A stretch of DNA of 64,000 nucleotides. It comes from Candidatus Nanosyncoccus sp. GTDB lineage: Bacteria > Patescibacteriota > Saccharimonadia > Saccharimonadales > Saccharimonadaceae. The stretch is taken from the NCBI GenBank assembly GCA_045578525.1, contig JAZNKL010000006.1, positions 3,419-67,418 on the forward strand, written 5' to 3'. The notes under the pieces are model-generated. The model had not been told where the DNA came from. It did no database searches and saw only the letters and a list, made by a program, of their open reading frames with translations. Positions 8,384 through 17,833 of the stretch are shown piece after piece (the first letter of the stretch is position 1; each line of letters opens with the position of its first letter). The translations under genes and the position numbers were made by a program.

Positions 8384-10282
8384 ATGACAAACAAGAGAAT
8401 CGGGGATATAAATATATTTAGGCAGCGAGCTAGGCACTTCAATACCGTTGGGCTTTTGGTGCTTAGCAGTATGATTGGGCTTCTTGCTCTTGGATTAGGA
8501 GTTTTTAGCAACTCCGTCTTTGCTGAATCGTCCGCTAATGGTTCAACCACCGCCACTTCCCGTGTTGCAGTTACCCTTAAAGAAATCATTGCTCTTCGTA
8601 TCCTAGACAAAACCGCTAGTTCAGAAATATCTAACCTAGTACTTGATATTACTCCTACCCCTAATGGTGTGTTTACTAAGGGGTCTTTTATTGCCGAGAC
8701 GTCTACCTCTAATGCTACCGGCTACAAATTATACCTTACTAGTATCGGAAAAGATCACCTTGATACTTATACCAATTCACTGATTAATATCGATAGTAGT
8801 GTTGAGCCTAGTGTCGGGACTATTCCGAGCTTGACATCTGGCGCTTCCGTGACGGAGGCGGCATTTAGAGTAAACAACTCCGCTTATAAGAATAAATGGG
8901 GGTATAGCACTAATGGGCTAATTGTAAATACTACTACTAATAATGGTGCTACTACTATTGATTCTATTGCTGACAATACCAATACTAGCGAGATTACTTA
9001 TGCTGATATTCCAGAGAACGCAGAAAGTAGGCAGATAGATAATAAGTCGGCAGCTATTGATAAAGGGATTACGCCTATTACAATCGGAGTCAATGCTTCC
9101 TCAGCAGTGACATCTGGGGTTTACAAGAACACTTTGGAGCTCACGGCGATTGCGAACCCACTTTCGGTAGATTATTCTCTCTCCTTTGACGGCAACTCTA
9201 CTGGCACGGTGACGGGACTTCCAACTACGATGGAAGCTTCTTCTGTAGCGTCTTCTTATACATTTACTATTCCAAGTAATGTGCCAACTACTTCTGGCTA
9301 TACGTTTAAGGAATGGAATACCACAGCTGATGGCTCTGGTGATAGCTATAGTCCTGGAGATGATTTTACCGTATCGGCTGATGATATTGCGGGGACAGAC
9401 CAGGTGCTTTATGCTATTTGGATGCCGGTGCCAGCGTTCTTTACCATTACCTACATGCAAGATATGACGTCAGAGATTTGTAATTCAGCCACCACTCCGG
9501 ATGTAACCGTATTGGGAGACGAGACCAGGGCGGATACTGACGGTTCCCACAATGGCGACACCAATTATGTTCCAGAGACCACTCTCATAGACTACCGTGG
9601 CATTAACGGTACTGGTACAGCTTCTAGCCCGGCTACTGGCACTAACCAAGTTTCCTACAAGGTGAGAAAGCTAGCTGATGGTAACTGCTGGATGACCCAG
9701 AACCTGAAGTTGACGCTCTCTACCTCCACTACGTTAGAAGTTGGTACCTTTACTGGTGGTACTACTTCTTGGACACCAAATAGTACTACTGAAGCATACG
9801 TATACAACTACGCTATCACGCCAAGTACTAAAGCCGACCTCAGCGTCAATACGGACATTGATGCTAAGAACGGTGGCAATGCCTGGTATTATCCATGGTA
9901 TGCAGCAACGGCAGGACAAGGCACTCAAACCACTAGCCCAAACATCACCCAATCTATCTGCCCTAAGGGCTGGAGGCTACCATTAGGAACTACGGCAGAT
10001 AAGTCATTCTATAACCTCTTCACCACTAAATACGGCCTAGAAAGCTCTGCTGCTGGCTCTACTTCCTTACAAAGCTTCCCACTAGACTTTACTCTGTCCG
10101 GATACGTGGATAACGGGTCGCAGCTCGGTGCGGGTTCATACGGCTACTACTGGTCAGCCAGTCCGGACACTAGCCGTCCTGGCAGCGCGTACAACTTGTA
10201 CTTCCGCTCTGACATCATTGCCTCTCAGAACTACTACAGCGCCAAGTACTACGGTCGCTCGGTGCGTTGCGTATCAGTCTAG
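8384..10282 (+). CDS. Surface adhesin: signal peptide, WxL-like subunit domain, InlB B-repeat (Flg_new), FISUMP/Fib_succ_major tip
   Basis: TSTSNATGYKLYL..KWGY..GVYKNTLELTA; GYTFKEWNTTADGSG..LYAIW; KLADGNCWMTQNL, CPKGWRLP, YYWS, GRSVRCV. Confidence 0.85.
   Translation: MTNKRIGDINIFRQRARHFNTVGLLVLSSMIGLLALGLGVFSNSVFAESSANGSTTATSRVAVTLKEIIALRILDKTASSEISNLVLDITPTPNGVFTKGSFIAETSTSNATGYKLYLTSIGKDHLDTYTNSLINIDSSVEPSVGTIPSLTSGASVTEAAFRVNNSAYKNKWGYSTNGLIVNTTTNNGATTIDSIADNTNTSEITYADIPENAESRQIDNKSAAIDKGITPITIGVNASSAVTSGVYKNTLELTAIANPLSVDYSLSFDGNSTGTVTGLPTTMEASSVASSYTFTIPSNVPTTSGYTFKEWNTTADGSGDSYSPGDDFTVSADDIAGTDQVLYAIWMPVPAFFTITYMQDMTSEICNSATTPDVTVLGDETRADTDGSHNGDTNYVPETTLIDYRGINGTGTASSPATGTNQVSYKVRKLADGNCWMTQNLKLTLSTSTTLEVGTFTGGTTSWTPNSTTEAYVYNYAITPSTKADLSVNTDIDAKNGGNAWYYPWYAATAGQGTQTTSPNITQSICPKGWRLPLGTTADKSFYNLFTTKYGLESSAAGSTSLQSFPLDFTLSGYVDNGSQLGAGSYGYYWSASPDTSRPGSAYNLYFRSDIIASQNYYSAKYYGRSVRCVSV
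10100..10282 (+). other. Candidate DGR variable region (VR)
   Basis: 104/183 nt GC; 30/60 sense codons end in C; all 10 Tyr are TAC and all 3 Asn are AAC; lies at the extreme C-terminus of a CLec-type domain. Confidence 0.55.
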
Positions 10283-10334
10283 TTCTCTCCGTGGTGTTTT
10301 CCCGTGTCCTCCCAAAAAAGGGAGAGAACATCAC
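10282..10334 (+). promoter_or_regulatory. Hairpin immediately after the adhesin stop (terminator and/or DGR cis-hairpin)
   Basis: GTTCTCTCC(10282-90)/GGAGAGAAC(10321-29); alternative arm GTGGTGTTTTC; inner CTCCC-AAAAAA-GGGAG. Confidence 0.5.
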
Positions 10335-10377
10335 GCTCACGCTTGAGTAGCCTATAATTATGTGCTACGGTGATAAC

Positions 10378-10782
10378 ATGAAGAAAAAATATACCGTAAT
10401 TACAGAGACTAGCGCAAATAATCCTCCGCAAGATTTTGAGATGCGAGCCGCAATAATTCTGGCAAATTACTTAAAGAAAGATTTAGTGTTCCAACGCTCT
10501 GGACATTGTCGTACTCCGGATCTGAGAGAAAAAGACTCCACGATAACCTGGGAATTAAAAAGCCCTACTGGTGATGGAAAGAAAACTATAGACAATAATT
10601 TGCGTTCTGCAAAAGGCCAATCAAAAAGAGTAGTGCTGGATCTATCTCGATGTAAAATGCACCAGCTTAGAGTAATTGGTCGTATAAAGCACTACGTAAA
10701 AGCGGGCAATCACCAAATCAAAAGATTGCTTATTATCACAAAATCTAAACGAGTCATTGACTTTTTAAAAGAAATAAAGTAA
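10378..10782 (+). CDS. Stand-alone CdiA C-terminal-like (PD-(D/E)XK fold) nuclease domain protein
   Basis: RTPDL..WELKSPTG..KTIDNNLRSAKGQSKRVVLDL. Confidence 0.6.
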   Translation: MKKKYTVITETSANNPPQDFEMRAAIILANYLKKDLVFQRSGHCRTPDLREKDSTITWELKSPTGDGKKTIDNNLRSAKGQSKRVVLDLSRCKMHQLRVIGRIKHYVKAGNHQIKRLLIITKSKRVIDFLKEIK

Positions 10783-10797
10783 TATAGAATCATAGAT

Positions 10798-10845
10798 AAG
10801 ATGCGTAAGATACTGTACTGAATCAAACGCATCTTTTCTTTTTTG
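10798..10845. terminator. Bidirectional hairpin/terminator between convergent genes (possible sRNA)
   Basis: AAGATGCGT..ACGCATCTT followed by TTCTTTTTT. Confidence 0.65.
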
Positions 10846-10847
10846 TC

Positions 10848-11303
10848 TTAGTACAACTTCGTCTTAATCAGCTTCAAATACTCGGTAGCGGCTTTGCAGA
10901 AATTTTCTAGCTCGCGACCTTTGATTTTGATATATTCGCCGCCTAGTGGCAACTTATAGACGCCGTTTTCACGGACTTCATAAGTAATAGTAGATTCAAA
11001 CTTCTTGCCGTCTTCTATCCAGCTTTCGTGATAAATCCAGACATTGTGCTTAAAGCGGAAGAATTCGCGGCGATGGCCTTTTGGAATCGGACCAAAAAGA
11101 GTTGCGCCAAGAGCAGATTCGGCATTGATTAAATCTGATTCAGTCAGTTTTAGTTTAGTGTTTTTCCCTGCACTAAAAAGCGACTTGATGATATTTTTGT
11201 AGTTTTTCTTGCTCTTTTCCTTCGGCTTTACGGCTGGTTTTTTGGCAGCCTTTTTTACTTTTGGTGTAGCTTTTCTTTTTAGCGCAAATGACTTTGGCGA
11301 CAT
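10848..11303 (-). CDS. Hypothetical protein with Lys-rich N-terminus
   Basis: AGGAGGT SD; 151-aa ORF. Confidence 0.75.
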   Translation of the reverse strand: MSPKSFALKRKATPKVKKAAKKPAVKPKEKSKKNYKNIIKSLFSAGKNTKLKLTESDLINAESALGATLFGPIPKGHRREFFRFKHNVWIYHESWIEDGKKFESTITYEVRENGVYKLPLGGEYIKIKGRELENFCKAATEYLKLIKTKLY

Positions 11304-11435
11304 CTTTCCACCTCCTCAGAAATTCTACTTAGCTCGTGATAAAGCTCAAGATCAGGAGAATCAAAAGCATAGGCCTCAGCTTTTTTGAAGCTTGGCATAC
11401 CAAAACGGGGTGCAAAATCTGGGTTCTCTACCCCT

Positions 11436-12359
11436 TTAATGTGTGAGTTTGAATAAATTTCTCGCATTTTCTGTGGTTCTCCCTTCGATTTCCGCTTCTG
11501 GAATGCCCAGAGTGTCGGAAATATAGGCGCAAATGTCTCTCACATGCGCCGGCTCATTTATTGTACCACGAAATGGCGCTGGTGTCAAGAAGGGGGCATC
11601 AGTTTCTAGGAGCATTCTCTCTAGTGGCGGGAGCGGAAGCTCTGGTTTTACAAAAGTTGCAAGACCATTTACACCGATAAAGAAGCCGAAATTTAGAGAT
11701 TTTTTGAGGTTTTCTGGACTATCGGAGAAGGAATGAACTACCCCTTTTACTTCTGGGAAATTCTTAACCACAGCGAAGAAATCATCAAAAGCATCACGGA
11801 CATGGAAAATCAGAGGCAAATTCTGGTCTTTTGCCAGCTGTAGCATCTCTTCAAAGAGCTTTATCTGGTTGTTTTTCCCTGCCACGCCTTCCCGTGGTGC
11901 ACCTTCACGGTAATCAAGGCCCACCTCGCCGATAGCAACTAAAGTGGGCGAGTCAAACATCTCTCTCGCGACACGCTCGGCTCGGCCCGTCGTTACGGGC
12001 GAGCCTTCGCTCCGCCCGCTCCCCGTTGGTCGCGGAGGGTCGCTATGAGAGATATCTTGACTCGCCCATCTGTCTGCCTCGTCGGGGTGGATGCCGTAAG
12101 ACCAAAAAACGCCGTCAGAAGCGTGAGAAGCTGCAAAATCGTGAGCAATTAAAGAATCTTCGTGCGAAGTGCCCACGCAAATCATCTGAGAGATACCAGC
12201 AGAGTGAGCACGCTCAATAATCTTTGACGGCTCAAAATCTGCCGGAAGATGCGGAACTTCTGGGTGTTTCTTTAAATATTTCTCGGAAAGTTGCTGGCGC
12301 GACAAAGCAAAATTATAAGTATCTCGATCGTGAATATGGCAGTGTGTATCAATTAACAC
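11436..12359 (-). CDS. tatD: TatD family DNase
   Basis: IDTHCH, GIHP, AIGEVGLDY, FHVRDA, HSF, LETDAPFL; GTG start overlapping the typA stop inferred. Confidence 0.9.
   Translation of the reverse strand: MLIDTHCHIHDRDTYNFALSRQQLSEKYLKKHPEVPHLPADFEPSKIIERAHSAGISQMICVGTSHEDSLIAHDFAASHASDGVFWSYGIHPDEADRWASQDISHSDPPRPTGSGRSEGSPVTTGRAERVAREMFDSPTLVAIGEVGLDYREGAPREGVAGKNNQIKLFEEMLQLAKDQNLPLIFHVRDAFDDFFAVVKNFPEVKGVVHSFSDSPENLKKSLNFGFFIGVNGLATFVKPELPLPPLERMLLETDAPFLTPAPFRGTINEPAHVRDICAYISDTLGIPEAEIEGRTTENARNLFKLTH
11946..12067. repeat. 122-bp palindromic MITE/RPE-like element in-frame within tatD
   Basis: Terminal IR GGGCGAGTCAA..ATCTCTC / GAGAGAT..TTGACTCGCCC; inner GGCTC-G-GCCCGT-CGTT-ACGGGC-GAGCC. 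Confidence 0.8.
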
Positions 12360-14166
12360 GACTTTCGCGTTTCCTTTTGATTGGATCAAGCAGACGTTTA
12401 CGAAGACGCAAAGATTTTGGCGTGACTTCTAGAAGCTCATCGTCTAAGAGAAAATCTAGGCACTGCTCAAGACTTAACTGTGTGTATGGAGTAAGCTGAA
12501 TAGCGCCGTCAGAAGCGTGAGTACGCATATTAGTAAGCTGCTTTTCCCGGCAAACATTAATGTCAATATCTTCTTTTTTATTAGAAAGGCCGACAATCAT
12601 ACCCTGGTAGACTGGCACCTGCGGCGGAATATAGAGCACGCCACGAGCCTGAGCGGCATCTAGGGCATAAGCAGTGGATACGCCAGTCTCAAAAGAGATC
12701 AAAGCACCGTTTCTCTCTGGGCGATATTTTGTTTCTACGGCGCGGTAGCCATAAGGAATAGAAGACATAATGACGGTGCCTTTGGTGGCGGTAAGAAGAT
12801 TATTACGAAGACCAATCAGGGCAGCAGTGGTGATTTCGTAAGTAAAGCGAGTTGAGCCAGAGCTGGTAAGTTCTTGATCGATTAGTTCGGCGTGACGAAC
12901 CCCCATTTCCTGAGAAACTGCGCCGACATATTCGGAATCTACTTCGATGGTTAAATTCTCTACCGGTTCCTCTAGCTTGCCGTCCACTTCTTTATAGACT
13001 ACTTCTGGACGACCTGCCTCAAGTTCGTAACCCTCGCGACGCATAGTTTCAATAAGGACAGAAAGATGCAGCTCGCCACGGCCAGAGACCTTATAGCCAA
13101 GGCCATCGGGTTTGATTTTAAGAGCGATATTAGTCTCCAATTCTCTCTCCAAACGCTCAGCAATTTGGCGAGAGGTGGTAAATTCACCTTCTTTGCCCTT
13201 TAGTGGGCTAGTATTTGGGCCAATGTAGATAGAAAGAGTTGGCGGCTCAAGCTCGATGGTAGGGAGAGCTTCTGGGTTGTCACCAGTGGCAATCGTATCG
13301 CCGATATTAGCGTCAGTGACACCAGTAATAGCCACAATGTCGCCAGCGACAGCTTCTTCAACTTCTTCCTTACCAAGACCGCGATAAGTATACAGACGGT
13401 CAATTTTTGCCGCAGTGCTACTTTCTGTACCGCGCAACAATTTAACTTGCTGGCCTTTTTTCAACTTGCCACGGAAAATTTTGCCGATAGCATATTTGCC
13501 AAGATAATTATCTGCTGCAAGCGCCGCGACCAGAAGCTGTGCGCCTTTACTTGCGTCTTCGTCAATGGAAGGCTCTGGAATATCATTAATAATTGCGTCA
13601 AAAATCACGTGCAGGTCATCGTCCAGCTCAGGAGTTTTGCCAGCACGACCATCTCTAGCAATAGCATAATATATCGGGTAATTCAGCTGCGATTCATCAG
13701 TAGCAAGCTCCAAGAACAAATCAGATATTTCGTCTTTGACTTCTTCAATTCTGGCAGCAGGTTTATCAATTTTGTTGATGATAACGACCGGCTTTAAATG
13801 CAGGCCAAGGGCTTTCTGTAATACGAACTTCGTTTGAGGCATCGGGCCTTCCTGAGCATCAACAATCAAGAGAACTCCGTCAGCCATATTGAGCGTTCTC
13901 TCAACTTCGCCAGAGAAATCAGCGTGACCCGGAGTGTCTATGATATTAATCTTGTAGCCGTCATAATAAACTGCGGTTTGCTTGGCGGTGATGGTGATAC
14001 CACGCTCGTGCTCTTGGTCCATTGAGTCCATGATCAGAGTCTGTGACATTTCTGCCTGATTGTCGCGAAAAGTATGGGACTGCTTCAAAAGCCCATCGAC
14101 TAGTGTGGTCTTCCCGTGGTCAACGTGGGCGATAATTGCGACATTTCTGATTTTAGACTTTTCCAT
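12349..14166 (-). CDS. typA: Translational GTPase TypA/BipA
   Basis: AHVDHGKTT, ERGITI, DTPGH, NKID, GRGELHL, EVTPKSLRLRK. Confidence 0.96.
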   Translation of the reverse strand: MEKSKIRNVAIIAHVDHGKTTLVDGLLKQSHTFRDNQAEMSQTLIMDSMDQEHERGITITAKQTAVYYDGYKINIIDTPGHADFSGEVERTLNMADGVLLIVDAQEGPMPQTKFVLQKALGLHLKPVVIINKIDKPAARIEEVKDEISDLFLELATDESQLNYPIYYAIARDGRAGKTPELDDDLHVIFDAIINDIPEPSIDEDASKGAQLLVAALAADNYLGKYAIGKIFRGKLKKGQQVKLLRGTESSTAAKIDRLYTYRGLGKEEVEEAVAGDIVAITGVTDANIGDTIATGDNPEALPTIELEPPTLSIYIGPNTSPLKGKEGEFTTSRQIAERLERELETNIALKIKPDGLGYKVSGRGELHLSVLIETMRREGYELEAGRPEVVYKEVDGKLEEPVENLTIEVDSEYVGAVSQEMGVRHAELIDQELTSSGSTRFTYEITTAALIGLRNNLLTATKGTVIMSSIPYGYRAVETKYRPERNGALISFETGVSTAYALDAAQARGVLYIPPQVPVYQGMIVGLSNKKEDIDINVCREKQLTNMRTHASDGAIQLTPYTQLSLEQCLDFLLDDELLEVTPKSLRLRKRLLDPIKRKRESRVN

Positions 14167-14229
14167 AAGAATTAATTATACACTTTTTAGAGGTAAAAGT
14201 AAAGCCCCTAGCATAGAGGGGCTTTTTGC

Positions 14230-14898
14230 TCACTTTCTGCGAGCAGGTCTTTTGGCGGGGGTGGAGAGCATCAGTCCGGCGAACGCTAGATCGTCGTTCG
14301 TGAAAACGCGTTGCGGTGACATATTCCAGTAGACATAGACATCTTCGTCAATCTTCAGACTATCGGCTACGTCAAGAAAGCTCGGTTTAACAGTGGCAGC
14401 AATCTCTGATAGTAGTATTTCGACCGCATTATCTTCGATGGTTCCAGCTATTCCAGACGAGGTTTCTGAAACCGCCGCATTTCCGCCGCTAATAAGCTGA
14501 CGACAAAGTAGAGAAACTGTTCCTCCGGGCTTTGTGGCCGAAATCGCGAAAGTGTTATGACGACTTCCTTTATAATCAAAATCGCTGAATTTTCCGACGG
14601 CAAATTCGACGCCTTTACCACTAAATTCACTAGGAATCTTCATTTCTGTCAACCGGTTGTAATACTCTAAAAAATCATCAAGCGGATGAAAGAAGCTTTC
14701 GAATTCTGCCGGGATTGCATTACTGACGTTATTTGTGACGTAGTCTATCGGAATAAAAACATTGAGACTTTTGGGATAAATCGCACTAAACTCATTAGCG
14801 AAAAAGCCATTTGAACCTAAAGCCGTGATTTTCATATCTATTCCTGCCGGAAAAACCTGACGTGCAAGACTCTCTGCCCCCAAAGCAAACTTAGTCAT
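14230..14898 (-). CDS. Hypothetical protein
   Basis: AGGAGGTGA SD; own promoter and terminator. Confidence 0.75.
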   Translation of the reverse strand: MTKFALGAESLARQVFPAGIDMKITALGSNGFFANEFSAIYPKSLNVFIPIDYVTNNVSNAIPAEFESFFHPLDDFLEYYNRLTEMKIPSEFSGKGVEFAVGKFSDFDYKGSRHNTFAISATKPGGTVSLLCRQLISGGNAAVSETSSGIAGTIEDNAVEILLSEIAATVKPSFLDVADSLKIDEDVYVYWNMSPQRVFTNDDLAFAGLMLSTPAKRPARRK

Positions 14899-14988
14899 AT
14901 CCTCACCTCCTAATGTACAATGTTCTTATATTGTACCATAAAAAACCTCTAATTAAAGAGGCTTTTTATGATTGCGTTTAACTTTTTG

Positions 14989-15603
14989 CTATTTTTTCTT
15001 TGAAGTGGTTTTTGCTTCTGGAATTTCTTTAAGGCTTTTCGTCATATCTTTAAAGGTGTCAGAAACATCTTTAATATTGTTCTTAATGGTGGCCATTTGG
15101 ATGATATTAGAAATACCATAAATAATCATCATGATACCCGCAAAGAGCATAATAGAAATCTGTCCGCCCCATGGGTTGAAAATTAGAAGCATGCCACAAA
15201 TAAAAGCAAGTACTGCAACGACAATAGAAAGCGAGCCAGCGCCAGTACCTTTCAAAGTAGTGGCAAAGCGCAATGATGAAAGGGCATTAATAATAAACCA
15301 AGCGCCGATAATGATTGGGAAAATATTCATCACGTCTGGATAGATTGCAAAGACTAATGCAATGATTATTAGGATAGCGCCCATCGCAGTGGTGCCGAAA
15401 AATGGCGAGAGGCGCTTCTTGCTGAAATCAGCGGCGACTAAGTAGACACCGGCGATCATACTAAGTGCAGCGATAGACCAACGAATGACATCGAGTGACG
15501 TCTCCGGGAAAAATATAAATAAAATTCCTAGTGCCGTGAACGCCGCAGAGATACCAATTGAAGCGTTGATAAAACTGTTAAATTTTTTCTTTAGTCCATT
15601 CAT
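14989..15603 (-). CDS. HdeD/DUF308-like membrane protein
   Basis: Six TM segments with repeated GILFIFFP / GMLLIFNP pattern. Confidence 0.7.
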   Translation of the reverse strand: MNGLKKKFNSFINASIGISAAFTALGILFIFFPETSLDVIRWSIAALSMIAGVYLVAADFSKKRLSPFFGTTAMGAILIIIALVFAIYPDVMNIFPIIIGAWFIINALSSLRFATTLKGTGAGSLSIVVAVLAFICGMLLIFNPWGGQISIMLFAGIMMIIYGISNIIQMATIKNNIKDVSDTFKDMTKSLKEIPEAKTTSKKK

Positions 15604-15617
15604 TTTGACTCCTTTAA

Positions 15618-16340
15618 TTATTTATTGCAGGTCGTTTCACAATCTGCGCTTTTTATTAGTTGTATAAAACTGCCTAAGCGGGCTTTCAAATCTTGCACAC
15701 GACCCTCAGTCCAATACTCGGCTGGATCTTTAGCTCCAGCAGTATATTTCGAGGTTTCATAATCGTTCCCGACAATCTGACCATCGCTTACAAAAACTAC
15801 ATCGGGGACGTAGATACGGTAATGACCCTCATCGTCATATTGAAGATGATCACCTAGAATCTCAACAAACTTCTGATAGTCTGCATTGTTCTCCTCTCGA
15901 TCTTTTCTGATGTTGTAATAGTAAATTTTCTCAATACCGTTATCTTTTGCAACCTCATTCAAATATTTAGCGTAAGCTTGGCACCAAGGGCATTCTGGGA
16001 AGCCTAAGAAAACAATTCCGGTCCCGTGCTCTAGGATATTGATAGTGTCTTTAGCATCTTTATAGACGAAGACGTTTTCCGTATCAACGTCTGTGTATTC
16101 TGTCGCAAAACGCTCAGCGTCGGTTTTAATGCCATACTCGTAAGCATTTTTTGTACGGATCGTGGAGAAGATAGTAATAAATGCCACAGCGACTATTGCC
16201 GCTACGCCCAAAATAATGATAGTAATAAGACATGCTACCCTGTTTGGACTACTCATCTTCTTGTTGTATTTATAGGACCTAGGGCTTCTCCTCGCAGGAG
16301 ATTTCCTAGTGGTTTTTCTAGATTTGCTCTTTGTACTCAT
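15618..16340 (-). CDS. Membrane-anchored thioredoxin-fold protein
   Basis: Basic N-terminus, one TM, GFPECPWC motif. Confidence 0.75.
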   Translation of the reverse strand: MSTKSKSRKTTRKSPARRSPRSYKYNKKMSSPNRVACLITIIILGVAAIVAVAFITIFSTIRTKNAYEYGIKTDAERFATEYTDVDTENVFVYKDAKDTINILEHGTGIVFLGFPECPWCQAYAKYLNEVAKDNGIEKIYYYNIRKDREENNADYQKFVEILGDHLQYDDEGHYRIYVPDVVFVSDGQIVGNDYETSKYTAGAKDPAEYWTEGRVQDLKARLGSFIQLIKSADCETTCNK

Positions 16341-16431
16341 AGTTTAATTATAGCATAACCGTAAATTATGTGGCAAATATAGTCTTTATTTTTTAAGAAA
16401 TAAGTGCTATAATAATATCACCACTTTTTGT

Positions 16432-16508
16432 GGGCCGGTAGCTCAGCTGGTTAGAGCACGGGCCTTTTAAGCCCGGTGTCGAGGGTTCGAGCCCCTCCCG
16501 GCTCACCA
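16432..16508 (+). tRNA. tRNA-Lys(TTT)
   Basis: Cloverleaf; CGGGC-CT-TTT-AA-GCCCG; TTCGA; CCA. Confidence 0.97.
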
Positions 16509-16530
16509 TTTACGTGGCCTTAACTTTTAT

Positions 16531-16607
16531 GGGCGGTTAGCTCAGTTGGCTAGAGCGCGTCTTTGACGTAGACGAGGTCAGAGGTTCGACTCCTCTATCG
16601 CCCACCA
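16531..16607 (+). tRNA. tRNA-Val(GAC)
   Basis: CGTCT-TT-GAC-GT-AGACG; CCA. Confidence 0.97.
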
Positions 16608-16722
16608 GTTATATAATAAAATTGCCACCTGTCAAGGTGGATTTTTGATATACAGACGTCTTGCTATGATAACGGTCGAGTCTGACTCTGACCTATTTTT
16701 TGGCCTACCCTTATCATCACAA

Positions 16723-16755
16723 AAAGTGAGCGCACTCGCAGTTTGCGCTCACTTT
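16723..16755. terminator. Intrinsic terminator of the surface-protein cluster
   Basis: AAAGTGAGCGCA..TGCGCTCACTTT 12-bp stem. Confidence 0.8.
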
Positions 16756-16800
16756 ATAAGAATAGCCAAAAACAAATCAATCAATAATTTAAGGGGTGGA

Positions 16801-17736
16801 TTACTTTCTCTTGTTGGTTCGTTTGATTACGAATAGCGCAAGAACACTGATAGCCGTAAATCCGATTAACCCCGTGATTAGAAAATCACTCTTTGAAATG
16901 TTGAGACTGCTAAGCAAAGCACCTGTGTCTGGAACATTTGGTGCATCTGGTGTGACTGGCACGTTCGGACTTTCTGGTACGTAGTTGAACCAGACCGTAA
17001 CTGAACCAACAGCTCCGCCGGCACGGTCATAAGTATCGTAGGCTGTAACTTTAACGGTGTATTTCCCTTTTGCTAGGTCCAAGCCACTTAAGTCGATCGG
17101 TACGATATCGGAGCCACCGGTTTCTGGATTTTTAACAACATATCCTGGAAAATCGCCAACCACCTTTCCATCTTGATCGTAGATAGTTAAGTCAAGTATC
17201 TTAACTGTTGCGGCATAGTTAATGGTGACTTTCGTGGTATCTTCATCGACAGTCAGTTCATCATCTGGAGTATCAATGGAGACAAAATTGAATTTGACAT
17301 AGTCTTCGCTTGTTCTTCCGTCCGATGAGGTGATTACGGATGTGAATTTGTAAGCACCCCAACCACCGTAGTTGTTAAGATCAAGTGTAAATTGGGTTAC
17401 TCCACTGTCTGGATCACCACTGTCCACATCGACATCATATTCGCTAAGCGAATAAACCGTCTCCGTACCATCCTCGTTATAATAAGTCAGGTAGTAATTG
17501 ACCTTACTTGCTTTACTGTGCGTCTCTTTAAAATTGACTACACTTTTGGTATATCTATCTCCGTCTAGCGGTTTGTCAATCTTGGTTTCGAAGTTGGTGT
17601 TGTAGACTTGGACTATAACATCAACATCACCACCAGCAGAAGTTGCGCTAGTTGGGAGATTATAGGCAACGGCAGTAATACCCGCGACAAGGGCAAGACC
17701 ACCAAAACCTAGTAGCTGCTTTTTTTGTATATGCAT
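16801..17736 (-). CDS. Cell-surface protein with LPxTG-like sorting signal (VPDTG, TM, basic tail); CscD-like
   Basis: Signal peptide, beta-rich body, PNVPDTG..TM..KRTNKRK. Confidence 0.75.
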   Translation of the reverse strand: MHIQKKQLLGFGGLALVAGITAVAYNLPTSATSAGGDVDVIVQVYNTNFETKIDKPLDGDRYTKSVVNFKETHSKASKVNYYLTYYNEDGTETVYSLSEYDVDVDSGDPDSGVTQFTLDLNNYGGWGAYKFTSVITSSDGRTSEDYVKFNFVSIDTPDDELTVDEDTTKVTINYAATVKILDLTIYDQDGKVVGDFPGYVVKNPETGGSDIVPIDLSGLDLAKGKYTVKVTAYDTYDRAGGAVGSVTVWFNYVPESPNVPVTPDAPNVPDTGALLSSLNISKSDFLITGLIGFTAISVLALFVIKRTNKRK

Positions 17737-17833
17737 ACTCTACACTCTCTTTTATTATTTTGTTTTTGTTTTGGCTAACGCTTTCGAGCTCTACCCTCGC
17801 ATGGTAGTTTCGACAGGGGTGAGAAGTCTCTCG

